From NCBI GenBank assembly GCA_010015585.1, contig ML975158.1: a DNA stretch of 64,000 nt. One strand, given 5' to 3'. Shown piece by piece: positions 26,032 through 40,799 of the stretch. A program made the translations under genes and the position numbers. Position 1 is the first letter of the stretch; every line of letters starts with the position of its first letter. This DNA comes from Eremomyces bilateralis CBS 781.70. Lineage: Eukaryota. Below the pieces are notes generated by a model that made no database searches, was not told where the DNA came from, and saw only the letters and a list, made by a program, of their open reading frames with translations.

Positions 26032-26758
26032 TTGGGATACTTTGCATTGCTGTTGAAGAGCGTGGAGAAAGAGTTCAGTCGAGTCAGAATGGGGATGCAC
26101 TAAGTTACAGTAAGTACTTCGTATTCCTGTACTTGCCTAATACCTTATCAATTAGGGCGCTGGGCTAGTGGGGCTTCAGCTGTGTTGCCCGATAAAGATC
26201 TAACCCCTTCCTATCATCATGCGCTAGATATTTCTGCATGTCAACTCGTATAAACTATAAATACATGAGCGTATGGAATAGCTGCCGGATCCCAGAAACA
26301 GTATTTATCCGCTTCGGATTCGCATCTGGACATTCAAGAATATTCTGGAGAGAACCCGGCGACTCTGCTCTGGCATTGACAAAGGCTGTGATGATATTAT
26401 ATCAAAGTCTTCTCCTGGACAGTAGTCACACCCCCAATGCCTTTTCAAAGTTGAAATGTCGATAGAATAGATAGGGCAGGATGACCCTTCATTCCATCTG
26501 ACGAGACATACTAATACGCCTTGAAAGTGGTTTCTCACGACGTGGGACAACCGTCTCTCAATAGCAACACACATGGGCGGAACCATATAGGTAGGAATTG
26601 GCGGCTGTGGCTTCAGTGAATGGCTCGAGTGCGTTCGAAATTCGACAAGGCGCGTGAAGGCACATGGGACGCATTACTGCTTCGACCAAGAGTGAATGTC
26701 TGCAACTCGTAGATCCGAACTCATACTTCAAGACCGCGAATGAAGCTGTAGATGCCTC

Positions 26759-27427
26759 TCATTTAGTGTAGTCAAGGACACCATTCAGGATCCACACTTC
26801 GCCATTGGCAACGCGACTAGCAATGCTGGTAACCTCAATACCTTTTGGCAGAATCTGTTCACAATCAGGCCATATTCTTCGCAACTGATGGATCTGGCTT
26901 ACAATTGTTTTCCCGTCAACCTTCTCAAACCAAATGGTCTTCCCTGTAAGTGTTTCTCGTTTCTCTCTTTCGTTCCAAGGACTCCCGACAACGATATGAG
27001 CTTCCACAAACCTTTTCAGGTTCTCTTGAGCCTTGTCCGCTCCGGAATCACCATTGTAGGCGCTCTCTCCAAATTCGGCATAGTCTTTGGGATCTTCCCA
27101 CGGCTTGGATGGCAGCTTCATGATCGCATCGTTCGCCGGCGCAAGAATTGTAGCATTCTGGGCCGCGTCATCCAAGCGTTTGGAGACTTGATCAATATCT
27201 CGAGTGAAACCACTGAAAATATGGATGGCTTGTGATTTCCCGAGTACGTCGGATAGGATAACTTTTGATGAAGTTGACATGACTCTGGGTTGCATTGATT
27301 CCTGTTGTGGGGATGTCCGGAAAGTCGGCAGGTTCCAGAGTCGATTGATTTGCTTGATCAACGGCAGGTCCACGCCTTCCGATACACTGGACAATATAAG
27401 GAGGGAGAGAAGCTGTGATGCTTTCAT
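26759..27427 (-). CDS. Secreted FAS1/fasciclin-domain protein (YDR262W-like); 1 intron
   Basis: Signal peptide MKASQLLSLLILSS, TILAPANDAIMKLPSKPWEDP, NLKRFVEAHIV, VANGEVWILNGVL; 48-nt intron near 26856-26903. Confidence 0.85.
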   Translation of the reverse strand: MKASQLLSLLILSSVSEGVDLPLIKQINRLWNLPTFRTSPQQESMQPRVMSTSSKVILSDVLGKSQAIHIFSGFTRDIDQVSKRLDDAAQNATILAPANDAIMKLPSKPWEDPKDYAEFGESAYNGDSGADKAQENLKRFVEAHIVVGSPWNEREKRETLTGKTIWFEKVDGKTIVSQIHQLRRIWPDCEQILPKGIEVTSIASRVANGEVWILNGVLDYTK

Positions 27428-27815
27428 TTTGTGTTCAATACTAAGTGAGTAAGGCACTGTACTGTAAGTAAGTATTCACGAAATGCTGAGAACGATATGG
27501 AGATTGGAGATGCACAAACACCAGAGGCTGGAGAGGCCCCGAATGACGTCTCCTGGCACGTGATAGTAAGGGTAAAATGTTGCCTAAGGCATAAAATCAC
27601 ATTTCACGATGAACCTATAGACACCGATTCTCATTGATATTGAAGGCTGATGCAGTAGTGTGGTTCTTTTTAACTATTGGTGCTACGAAAGCTCACTTGC
27701 TCTCTCCCAGGAGTTTGGAGAGGTTCAATACGGCTCTCGCCATGAGGCGCATACGCGGTTATTGGATTCCTTATCAATAGTCACGACCATTCCTGTCTGA
27801 CATTGGTGTATCAGG

Positions 27816-28421
27816 ATGGCATCGTGGGACATCCCATTTTCGATCAGCTCGGTAAGTTCAAGACTCCCATAGATTTCAAGAATTCAACTAACATTGTGAC
27901 AGGCTGACCTGGAATCTTTCCACTCAGCGCACTTTCCTGAGGCTCCCATTCCCGTAATAGCTCTCCAAGCTCTAGAATCGCGCGTTCCGGAAGCTCACGA
28001 ACTCGGCGAAGACGATGACTGGCTAGGTCATTATCCGGACGGCGTGAAGCGGACCGTTACGGATGATGAGGTTGCCATCTTCCGTCACAGCGAAATACAA
28101 GGGCTTCTACGCCAACGGAGGCAGGCTGCCGAGAACGAACAGGATGGTCGGCTCGAACAGTCCAAGGCGGATGGTACCGATACCACTTCGGGAAGACCTG
28201 AGAAACCATCCCATTTGAGGAAAGAAGCGACTGTACCGCATAGTCCCGCATCATCAAGCTCGGGTCGACAGGGCAGGAAGAGGAAGCATAATCAAACCCA
28301 ACGAAAAGCACGCAAGCGGACCGGATATGAAGATCGTGGAGATCCTGACGGCCGGACTTTCCGACGCATCGCTCGCGAGATGGATGAATTGAATGCGGAG
28401 GCTGTGGATCTTGACTATTGA
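27816..28421 (+). CDS. DUF3807-like conserved fungal protein; 1 intron
   Basis: DLESFHSAHF, DDDWLGHYPDGVKRTVTDDEVAIFRHSEIQ, terminal RRIAREMDE....LDY. Confidence 0.75.
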
Positions 28422-29151
28422 GGTGCAAGAGAGTCCATCCGTGTCAAGCCATAGCAGTCTTTCCTGGAGACGTTGAACGTTATCAACTCCGTTGATCTCA
28501 AAAGGGCAAGGTACGTAATATCCATTCGTGACTGGAGCATTTCAATGATGAAATTTCATTTTATCGTCATCCTTAGAATGAAGCAATGAAGGATACTGCT
28601 TGGCCGTAAGGTCGAGCGGAGCCTTCTGTCGCAATGTTTACTGTAATCTTCTCTCTGAACTGTCTTGTTCTTCCTAACTCTTCCATTGTATTGCTAGTTG
28701 GCAGATACTGACAACCAATGTTGCTTAGGCAACCTAAGGTCAAATTCCGAAACGTGGAATCACAGCAGCAAGCACTAGGGTGACTATGAAGAAGCACAAA
28801 GGAGCTTGGAAAATACTCAGAATGTCGACGACGACATGGAATCTCAAGCATTTCCGCTGTCCTTGAGTAGCGGGTTGAAGCCCACACTAGGGGTTCATGA
28901 ACCTCGCGAGCGACGACGCTGCATACTGTAAATACACTTGTTGCAGCTGAGGTGCAGAAACCGTACCTGCTAATCGAACGTTACCGTCCAACTAGGCGGC
29001 ATGAATAGCCCTTGGCTCTATCTCACCTCGTTTCGACGAACACCCTACGCGTTCGAAGCCGTATATCCCGGCCTGAGGTATGCGTTTCCCGTTGCCTCAA
29101 TCGCTTGTAGTTTTGTGATAACTTTTCCATTTCCATCCTCCACTTGTCCAA

Positions 29152-29572
29152 TCAATGTCTGGGTCCGCGATGATCGTCGCCGATTCTCTCCAACGCCTGC
29201 GATTGATTTAGTTCGTGTTCGTGATGATGTCTTAGATAGAATGCATACCTCCAGCATGACAACCGAGTTGCCCCGAATTACCACCATTCCCAGACGTACT
29301 TTCTCCCCGCCAGCCTTCTCTTCCACCGCCTCGTCCAAAACGATGTTTAGGAAGACCTATTGCCAAATCAGTGCTGCCACAACTCCTGTCCTGTTTAGAG
29401 CTGCTCTCTGAACGCACATCATAACCTCGAAGTACACCGAGGACCTTGCGACTACCGTTCAACTGGACGAATAGTCTCTTATCGAGATACTGATCCGATG
29501 AATTAGCAAAGCTCGGTGCGCTGAAATTCGTGGGGCGCTTACCTTTTTGAGTTCGGGCTGTGCTTGAGGCAT
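29152..29572 (-). CDS. SMX2: Small nuclear ribonucleoprotein G (SmG); 3 introns
   Basis: MPQAQPELKK/YLDKRLFVQLNGSRKVLGVLRGYD/VFLNIVLDEAVEE..GMVVIRGNSVVMLE/ALERI. Confidence 0.95.
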
Positions 29573-29889
29573 CTCGTTTGTTGTAAATTGGGGAAAAGGA
29601 ATTCGTTCGTATGGGCGAATACGGATGCTGATTGCTGATGAGTTGAACTGGAAACCTGGTTGAATCCTAAGACGGAACCTGAGATGGTGGAAATTCGATG
29701 CGGAGGTGGATGAGAAGTCATATCACGTGAGCAGTTGATTCATGCCAAATTCCATCCTGATACCCTGATGGCTTTGGTGATAGTCAACCAAACGTTCCGT
29801 TGTTGACCCCATCCAATAGGACTTCTTTTGACAGTTGCAATCATTGAAGACCTCCCCACCCGTGGCTTGCAATCGCATCGCTTTATGAA

Positions 29890-31190
29890 ATGAAGAAGTC
29901 ATTTTCATCGAGGCGAATGCCTCGCAAGATTGGGGGCGACCCTCCAAGCCGTTCCGAACCAGGACATCAAGATGATTCGGGTACGTAGATGATTTATACC
30001 GTATGCTATGCGTATCTGACCATCAGTCAGCAGTCAGCAGTCGACTGACTTAAGAGCTAGAACCAGCTGTTGTCCGACCGTCCGCACCCAAGCCGAAGCC
30101 CAAAGCCACCTCACGACTCTCCTTTGCACCGAGCAGGTCCACCGATGATGATGATGATGATACCAAAGCCGCCGTGAACGCTATTCCAAGCCGGCGCAAA
30201 ATTGGCACGTCAAGATTGGAAGAACTACGCTCTGCCGATACTACCGAGCGGGACGCCAGCCCGAGTTACAGCAAGGACTACCTACAAGAGCTGAAAAAGT
30301 CCACACCTTCGAAACCGAAGGAGTTCAAATCCGAGACCGGCGACACCATCATTGAGTCCACAAGGCCTCTTGACATTGCCGCGAAGTTTGGTCAAGGGTA
30401 CGATACCCGTCCCATCGGTTCATCCGCAATCCCAACGGAAGCAGAAATCCGAGAGAAGAAAGAGCGACGGGCCCGATTAGCGAGGGAAGCAGTCGCTGGG
30501 CATACAAGTGATGCGTCTGGCTCTGAGGGCAATGGTTTCATTTCCCTTCAACCGAAACCAAAGTATGCTGAGACTCGACTCGTACCGGACGACGAGGACA
30601 TGGCAGAGGGGTTTGAGGAGTTCGTCGAGGACGGAAAGATAGCATTAGGATCTAAAGATGAACGGCTACAGGAATCGAAACGGCGCGCCGAAATTGCAGC
30701 AAGGATCGCTGACGCAGAAGGTGACTCGGATGAAGGGTCGGAAGACGAATTTGAAGCTGCACGTCACGCAGCGTACGAAGATGCACAATCCCGGGCAGGG
30801 GCCTTTGGAACGAAACACGGGACTTCTAGGTATCCAAAGCGACCAACCACTCCTCCACGGATCACTTCGATTCCTCGGCTCGACGAGGTCCACGTCCGTA
30901 TGCAAGCGTCGATCCAAGACTTACAGGATGCCAACAACGTACGCATGATCCGGTTACACGGCCTGCAGCAGGAGAGGAAAGAGATTGAGGAGAATGAGGC
31001 TTGGATACAGACGAAGCTCAAGGAAACAGGCGAGGCTTATGAGAAGCTCAGGCTCGAGGCGGAGGAAGCCACGGCCACGAGAGACGGGGGGAATGCGGTG
31101 CCGGCCCGCTCGGAATACGATCCATTGATGCCCAGGGATTCTCCTCATGAGGATCTCAATGGGACAGACTTGGGTGGAACGAATGGGTGA
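29890..31190 (+). CDS. NTR2: Nineteen-complex-related protein Ntr2-like spliceosome disassembly factor; 1 intron
   Basis: MKKSFSSRRMPRKIG; YSKDYLQELKKSTPSKP; IPTEAEIREKKERRARLA; ETRLVPDDEDMAEGFEEFVEDG; intron 29981-30060. Confidence 0.8.
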
Positions 31191-32375
31191 TGAAGACGAC
31201 TGCTAGTCAAATGCAGATGAAGAACTTACCGATTATGACTATGAGAGAGCATTCCAGGTTAGATTGCCTTGGGAAGGCGCCCACTGATGGATTCATGGGG
31301 TTGGAAAATGATTGCTTTTTCGAGGTCAAGGTCCGGCACTGGAGCTCGTCGAGTCCTGCGAACATTTGCATCCCGGATGAAGGACTTGGTTCCACTACAG
31401 ACAGCAAATAGCTGCCATGCTGGACAGGAAGAATTTCCTGAATGAAACCATATTGTCGAAGTGGCATAGAGGTGTTTAAGGCGTGATGGACTTGAGATGT
31501 GCATATATATAGCCGGTTGGGTCCCTGTGCTACGGTATTCGCAAGGAGTGAACAGCCAGTGGGAACTGGATATTGATATTCCACAGCGACATGCTATGTA
31601 TACTGTGGTTTGTAGGGTAGTCATCTGCCCGTGGTAGATGTTAAGTTGGTTTTAGGAGGATACTCCAATCATGTCCGACTTTGGTAGATGATTTGTTCCA
31701 ATGCCATTCAGTACCAAGAATCCAGCCGAATCCATTCAAGGGTCTCTGAGGGGGTATGCCAACATGAAACACGGCCCTTTTACTGATCTCAATCCCCTGA
31801 TGCTCCTTAGAATAGGTTGTCATGTTTCGGCTTCTTCGTTGCCGTACTCCACCAAACAGAAGCGTGCAAGATGGTACTAATATATGGGCGATTGACGTAA
31901 TCGTTAGCCAACAGGGATGAGAACGGAGATGGACCAATCAGGAATTAGGGGATTCGGCTGACACAAAATGTGGGCCAACAAATGGCGTGAGGATGGCGCG
32001 GATCGCGCACGGCTTCCTGAATGGGAAGTCAGGTACACCAGAATTTGTACTATCAACAAGCCCAAACATGACTGAGAGCCTCGTGTGAATGAGGTGACTG
32101 TAACTGTGAACCGTAAACCCATGATAAGGTAAACAAGAGAAAGATTAGATGCACTGCCCCGCAATGTCCTGTACTAATTACTATGAATCTTCCTGCTTCC
32201 CTTTCCTCTTTCTTTATTCTTCAACGCTCTCTCAATCTATCCCTCTATTAGAGTGTCACTTCCAGGCCTTCATCTTTTATATTCCAGGCACCTGCACCAG
32301 CTAGCTCTTGGAAACCAGCTGGGTATTGCCACTCCACGCTACCACATATCAAGAGCTTTCCCTCCCTTTTCACCA

Positions 32376-32419
32376 GAGCCACTTGCAGAACCACTTGCAA
32401 AACCACCTGCAAAACCACC
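32376..32419. repeat. Imperfect 12-bp tandem repeat (RA[GA]CCACYTGCA) x3.7
   Basis: gagccacttgca gaaccacttgca aaaccacctgca aaaccacc. Confidence 0.8.
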
Positions 32420-32450
32420 GTCTCTTACCCTCACCTCCTCACATTTCATC

Positions 32451-32693
32451 ATGTCGCTCCCCTCAGTACTTCCTCGAACCTTCAACCCAATCCTGCGCAG
32501 AGCATATACCACTGAGCCACCACACAATCGCTTCTGGAGGGTTCAGGTCGGCCTTGCAGGGTTATACATAACCGCCGCCGCCTCACTACCGTTTGTGCCA
32601 CCGTTCCTGGCAAGTCGGAAAGCAAGGAGAGAAGGATGGGACAACCAGGAATGGCAGAGACGAGGTCCTTTTTGCGGAGTTCCGAGTCGGTGA
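32451..32693 (+). CDS. Putative 80-aa mitochondrial single-pass microprotein
   Basis: ATG in good context (atcATG) downstream of a CT-rich promoter-like tract; acid-free Arg/Ser-rich N-terminus ending ILRRAY, hydrophobic VQVGLAGLYITAAASLPFVPPFL, basic tail. Confidence 0.5.
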   Translation: MSLPSVLPRTFNPILRRAYTTEPPHNRFWRVQVGLAGLYITAAASLPFVPPFLASRKARREGWDNQEWQRRGPFCGVPSR

Positions 32694-33296
32694 CCCGGGG
32701 AGAAATGCTACTCACACCGTCACTAAAGCTTGAATTCGGCGAACGCCGAGAAGAAACTCCTAGGGATGGGGAGAGTGGAGATGAAGTGCAAGAGCGGATG
32801 TATTGGCGGTAGCTTGCTCCTCGGGTGTTGCATTGCCATGGAGCATCGGGCATACATTCACGTTACTCCCCAAGGCCAGTGCATAGGGCATCGGGACTGG
32901 GATATGCATTCAAGGTGTTGCAGGCGCAAGGTTGGAGGCTCGAAGCGGAGCCGAGATGGCACACAGGCGTTCAATTGATTAGATATATGGCGTTGGCAAT
33001 GCAGTCCATTTTACCCTCCATGTTGGGAGGTTGACGTATTTTGTGTATCCAATTCTATCTCGTCTTTGCCGGGTAAAGATGCCAATTTCCCCGATCAAAA
33101 TGTCTTGATGCTGTATAGGCGAAAGGCACTCAGTCCGGAGAGACATCGACGATGCGCATGGAAGACTCCATGTAGGCCGATCTTTGGATACCGTCAGCGG
33201 ATGTTAGAACTGACACCTGATGGCTTCTGACGGCTCGGATTCCTAGTGACGTTTTTTTTATGCTCCAGTAGCGCCATCGTGGCTCCCACTGATGAC

Positions 33297-34404
33297 TTAC
33301 GAATAGAGCCTCCGCTCCCCGAGCCCGCTGCTCCGAAACCGTTCGTATAGCCACTTATTGTTCAACCCCACTCCCCCAACGTTGGGTGCACTGCCTCTTG
33401 GTAATGGCGTCGGGGATCCAGGGCCCACGCTCATATTTGATATGCTACTCTCGCCCAACACGCCTGGGCTTCCCGCACCACCCATGCTCCATCTCTTTCT
33501 ACTTCCACTCAAGGAAGGCGAATGACTTGGGCCAACCGAGTGAGAACGTCCTAAGCCTATCGAGTCTGCTAAGGGGCTTCGGTCGCGGATGCTCATTCCC
33601 ATTGGTGAGCCAGAGGCAGAGCGCCGACCGGAGGCCGGGCTAAATCGAGGGGGTATCGAGAACGCCACCGGACTAGAGCCAGCAACGGCGCGTGTCGTAG
33701 ACGGCTCGAAGGAAGGGTTGGGGCTACGGGAACGCGCGGAAGTCGATGGAGAGTGAGGGAGGCGCGGCGGTGTATGGATGCCGCTTCCAGGCGTCGAGGC
33801 AGGTGTCGATGTCTTAGAAGCAGGAAGTGGCGGAAGGTTGAGGAGGGACCGTTGAGTTGGAGTAAGAGGGATATCCGAGAAGTCATCGGGGGTGAAGAAG
33901 AGGGGATGCATCGAATGGGCTATGACACCAACGAGAGAGACACGGAAGGCTAGGAGGATCCATGGGAGAAAGGAGACTGGGAAGGTCGTTGGGTTTTCCA
34001 GGGTAGGTTCCGTGGGTATCGTGAGCATGTCTTCGGTTTCTAATGGCTCGTCGAAAAGGAATTGCAGGCTACGAATAGGACTCATCAGCATCGCCAACCA
34101 CATTAGCGCCAGAGTACCCGTACCATGCTTTGAAGACGACCGGCAGCATTTCCCCCGTCTGATAGACGGCAGGAGCTGCGTAAACACTGAAAACGAGTAA
34201 TGCGATGGACCAGACGATCGTCCGTATGTTGCGCCCTCCAAAGGTGCTCGCGCTTTTCCTTCGATTGATTTCGTTCATGCGCGGATGTTGCCATCGCGCC
34301 ATGGGGGGTGTAGCCGGAAGTGACGGGGTAGGAGTGGGGGGTATGGCGGGCGACGAAGGCGATGGTCGAGGCGTCATGGCCTTTGTAGATATGACTGAAG
34401 CCAT
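33297..34404 (-). CDS. POM34: Nuclear pore membrane component, Pom34/NPCC family; 1 intron
   Basis: WQHPRMNEINRR....TF, two TM segments, DDFSDIPLTPTQRSLLNL, Ser/Pro-rich tail, terminal VGLNNKWLYER. Confidence 0.85.
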
Positions 34405-35017
34405 TCCAGACCTGGGGGATGGCCGGACTCCTGCAAGTATGTGTTTAGTCAAGTACTCATTGTCATTGTTTGGCTGGATGTGTGGCTTCTTACCTGGAGA
34501 GTTCATGGGTGCTGTTTGGGGCGTTAACAAAATACTTACCGATGATGTTGATATGAAGCAAATTTCCTATGGATTCATTGTTAGTACGGCGTCCGTCTCC
34601 CAAACTCGGGACTCCTGCAATTGAGATTGCGATTGGAAGATGTGTGTTGACGGAAGTTGAACAAGATCGAAGGTTGAAGTCAAAGTCAAAGCGGGAACAC
34701 GTGAAATCGTCAAGTTGCTTTGTTTCCCAGCGACGACCGCCAAGAACTCCAGGAGGAAGTCGCGGGGGTGGACCCCTGTCATGCTGTGCCACACTTTCGA
34801 CGCCACAGTCCACCTTCACCAGAGACAATCAGATCCATGGTCCAGCACACTGCTGACTGCACACAACACCTCCTGTCGTCATCCTCTCTAACCTCCTGTT
34901 TTACACGTATAGTTCGGTACAGATCCTCTACAGAATACCTCTACCTCCGCCGGGATTGCGGCTCTCTTCATACAACCATTGAGATCCATTTCCTCGATAC
35001 CCAACACCGCACCGAAC

Positions 35018-36844
35018 ATGGCGAAGCTTGTCGATGATCTGGACGCCCTCCTGGCCTCTTTGATCGCCGGTTGGAATGTCTACTCCTCCGTCCTTCTGGG
35101 CCTCATGGTTCTTTTCGTCGTTTATGCTATATCCTCTGCACAGGATCCAGACACTCACCCAATGATTCTACTCCGGCAAGCCGCCCCATCCATGGTGCGC
35201 CAGCCGGGCGAGTCTGCTACCTACCGCTCCCACGAAGTCCCCCACAGCTATCCTCTGAAGACGGGGCTCAACGTCAAAGCCCCAGGTGCGCCTCCGTATA
35301 CAGCGGGTAAAAATGGTGACCTCCGAGACATATGGCGAAGAGTGCTTGGAATCATTCCTCGAGAGCAAGCCGGCACAAAGAGCCAGATGGGGAAGATCTT
35401 CACCGTGCTTGGGCGAGGAAAACCAACCGAGCATGAATTGGACCAAATCACGAGGGAGATTAATAGCATTGGAGAGTCGATCAAGTCGCATGGTGGGAAG
35501 AGGGTGGCGGTGTATCTGCCGAACCGCATTGAACTGTTGGCCACACTTTTCGGTAAGGAGAACGTAAATAACATGGTGGTGCTCCGCTGATGTGACGGTA
35601 GCTGGCGCGTTTTATGGCTTCAGCGTTACCCTGCTCCCTTACAATCAATCTCACCCGATCGTGATCGAGCAGCTTAACAGAGTCGGCGCAGATACTTTGA
35701 TCGGAGAAGCTGGTTCCCTCCCACTAGCCGATGCTGTGAAGTCCGCCACTAAGCTCAAGCAGGTCATATGGGTGGTGGAAGAGACGTCGCGCCACATGGA
35801 TTGGACCGATGTGCCATCGGACGTGGGTGGCCAAGCGGACGTGTCTGTCTGGCATGAGCTGGTATCCGATCATCCAGGCTCCCTCGGGGCTTCGCTTCCG
35901 GATGAAATTCCTTCTAGCTCCTTGGGGACGGTTGGATTCATTTGGCAACAGAATCCGAATGCTGTCGGCTCCTTTACGGAATTCACTCAGGCCCAACTCG
36001 TCGCTGCAATCTCCGCCCAACTCTCCGCCTTACCGATCAACCATCGCTTTTCTCCTTCTGATCTCTTTTTCTCTGCCGATTCTCTGGACTCCTCCTATAC
36101 CCTTATCCTCACCTTAGCCGCGCTTTTCTCCCATTGTTCTCTAGCCATCAACTCAGTTGCTAACGCTGATGTCAACCTTGATGTCAGCACTTCGTTCATC
36201 GCACCCACTATTGTCGTTGCTTCGGCTAAGTCGTTGAGCAACCTCCACGCTGAGAACCATGCGTCGATGCGGAGTAGCTCTCTCAAGCGACTGGCGCACT
36301 CCACCCAGTCGACTGTGCTGGCCGCTGGCCGCATGCCGAAACCTTCACTTTTGAGCAGTATCTTACCTTCCGAGCGGACTTCACTGGGGAACACACCCGG
36401 TAAACTTCGATTGGTGTACGTTGCAGAAAGAGTAGGAAGTGACGTCACTCCCCCATTGAGCTCTGAGGAGTTGGTGAATCTGCGTATTTTCATGGGTACG
36501 CGAATCGTATACTCCCTTACCGCGCCCCAAGTGGCTGGAGCGGTGTGTCAGACTGGGATGTTCGATTACAGGACTCAAAAGCACGAATCTGGTGGAAAGA
36601 AGCAATATGGGCATTTCGGAGTTCCCTTGTCTTGCGTGGAGATCAAAGTTGTCGACACTGCACAACATCGGACCACCGACGAGAAGGCAGTGGGTGAGGT
36701 AAGTTTGGCCCAACTCTTCCAGCATGTAAACGTCACTAAACAACGCAATAGATTGTCGCATCAGGTCCTGCGGTCGTTGGCGGGGAAGCAAAGCTTGGAG
36801 TCAACGGGCAGTTTAATGATGATGGAACGCTCTCATATGTGTAA
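35018..36844 (+). CDS. Membrane-anchored, divergent AMP-binding (ANL/acyl-CoA synthetase-like) fold protein; 2 introns
   Basis: N-terminal TM, DPDTHPMILLRQA..SMVRQPGESATYRS..PHSYPLKTGL, GKNGDLRDIW, PGKLRLVYV, VAGAVCQT..FDYR, HFGVPLSCVEI. Confidence 0.75.
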
Positions 36845-37331
36845 ACGCTGTTACGAACCCGGATGATCATGTACAGCAAGAACTCTGATTCATCTCCTTT
36901 GTTGCACATTGTGCTGCGTGTCCAACTTCCAACTACCTTGCTGCAATCAGCGTCCGAGAATTCCGTCGTGGCCCACTCGAGTGCAATGAGCGAACTTGGT
37001 CCCATGAGGAATGCGATGGAAATGGTAGAGAGAAATGCGAGCGTATCTGACTGTACGGGACACCCAAGAGGTTAAATTTACAAATTTTAGGGGAGAATTC
37101 GGGAGCGACTAGGGGACACAATCAGATATTTGGATAGGCTAGCTCTTCTTCTGATTTGGTTAGCGGCTCACAATATCCCCGCTAATTACTAGCCCAACCT
37201 CAACTTCCCTGCTGACCAGCACGTCAACATATGCAATCAGCAGTCAAGGTTCGGCGCTCATTACAAGGAGCTATTAATCATTTAATCGAACGATTTGATC
37301 AGAAGGAAATCATCCTTCTCCCAAGTTCCTA

Positions 37332-38146
37332 ATGTCCTATCGGTTGACTTTTGGGGATCCGGATCGCAGGCTCGCAGAATGCTGGCGCATCCAGGACTGC
37401 TGGGGCTGCACGCATAGTCCCTGGAACTGCGGTTGGTGTCCATTTGTATGCCTTTACGCTTTCATTCAAGTCAATTTAATTTACAATATCGATATCCCGT
37501 TTCGATAGGCATCTGACCAGGAGATTTCTGATGTCCCTACAACACCAAGGTGCAATGAGACTGGAGGGATATGCCCGAGTCTTGGTTCCCTATCAACAGA
37601 TCTGTCATACCAACGCAAGTTAATTTTCGGATTAAGCTTGATTCTGACCAATTTATGTAGTCTTCTGCATGCATTCCACTTCCCAATTCCGCCGTCCCTT
37701 TATTGGCTCCTGTGACAAACCCGTCCATATGTCCTTCCTCGAATGAACGATTCGAGTTGCGCACCCGCGCTTTAGGGTGTGGTTGTTCGACCACGACATT
37801 CCTCAGCATTACCGTCACAATCGCAGCAACGATCGCAGCATTGCTCATCGGCTACGCTATCTCTTGGTGCGCCAAGGGCATAGTTCGAGGACGGAAGGCA
37901 GCAAGCGCCGGCTGGGAGGTTTGCGTGGATGAGAACGGAGAAAGAGTTCAGGGGGTCTGGGAAAGGAAGGATTTGAAGACGAGATGGTGGCCATTTCGCA
38001 AGACGAATATTAGAGAAGACGACCTCCTGTTATGTGATGGTGATGAGATAACAAAGAGTTGGAGGTGGTGGAGGCCTTGGAAGAGTCGATCGGCGTCAAG
38101 ATTACGGAACGGCGCCGACATTGATCACCAGTCTGATCACAATTAA
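37332..38146 (+). CDS. Small PSI-like cysteine-rich membrane protein; one 215-nt intron
   Basis: CWRIQDCWGC....CGWCPF/SSAC..ICP...ERFELRTRALGCGCSTTTFL then TM; intron 37446-37660 keeps the frame. Confidence 0.75.
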
Positions 38147-38430
38147 GACGCTTCTAAGCGGCTCACGAGTTCGGTATCAAGTACACTCTCGAGCGGGAGT
38201 GACAGATATCGTCGACGTATGGGATTTAAACGCGATAGAATTACTTGAAACCTCCGATTTTTCTCTGAACCCTACACTAAGAAAGCCAGATATGAAACAA
38301 CGGCATCTAAATCAAAGAAATTTTTCCAAGAGCTGGAATCCGGCCCTCCAGTGGATTGGTCTACAAGCCGTGCCGCATGTCTCCAATTCTCGAACCCAAG
38401 AGTGAGATAATGCCGAGTCGAAGCGGCTAT

Positions 38431-40176
<1,746 letters not shown>

Positions 40177-40799
40177 GGTGGGACATTTATGGTCTCCACG
40201 AGACCAGTTGACCGATTAAATCTGATCCAGCCCTTTCATGTTTGACTGGTGTAATGATGCACGATCGTCTCGGCCAAGGATAATGGTATCTTGAAAAGGG
40301 TTTGTCATCTAGCCACGATGCTGACATAATACATGATAAGCATGGATTGAAAGGACAATGGCAAATGAGTGCATTTGGCCATTGGCAATAGATGGACAAT
40401 GGTAGAAATGCAAGTCAACTACAGCATGTACTGTCTTGTAATTTGATGGTTCTCCCGATTGGGAGTTGGAGATTCAGGGTAAGGTAGCCTGCTATCCATG
40501 AGTGATTAAAACCTTGTGAGGAGAATTATGTCTATTCCTGCCATACCTTTTGTAATCACTAACTAATACCTGTCGACTACCGGTGAACAATTTACACTTT
40601 ACACAATAGGTAGATTACCGAGTGAGACGACGTCCACTCAAGCCCCGACACAGCATAAAGAAATGGTCAATGTCGTCCTGTCCATCATAATTGATAGCAT
40701 GTACATCGTCAGGACGGCAGTCGTCATCTCCACCACCTGAACAGAAACAGACCAACATCCGGCATACCACACGCTATGCTCGCCGCATACTCGTTGCTA

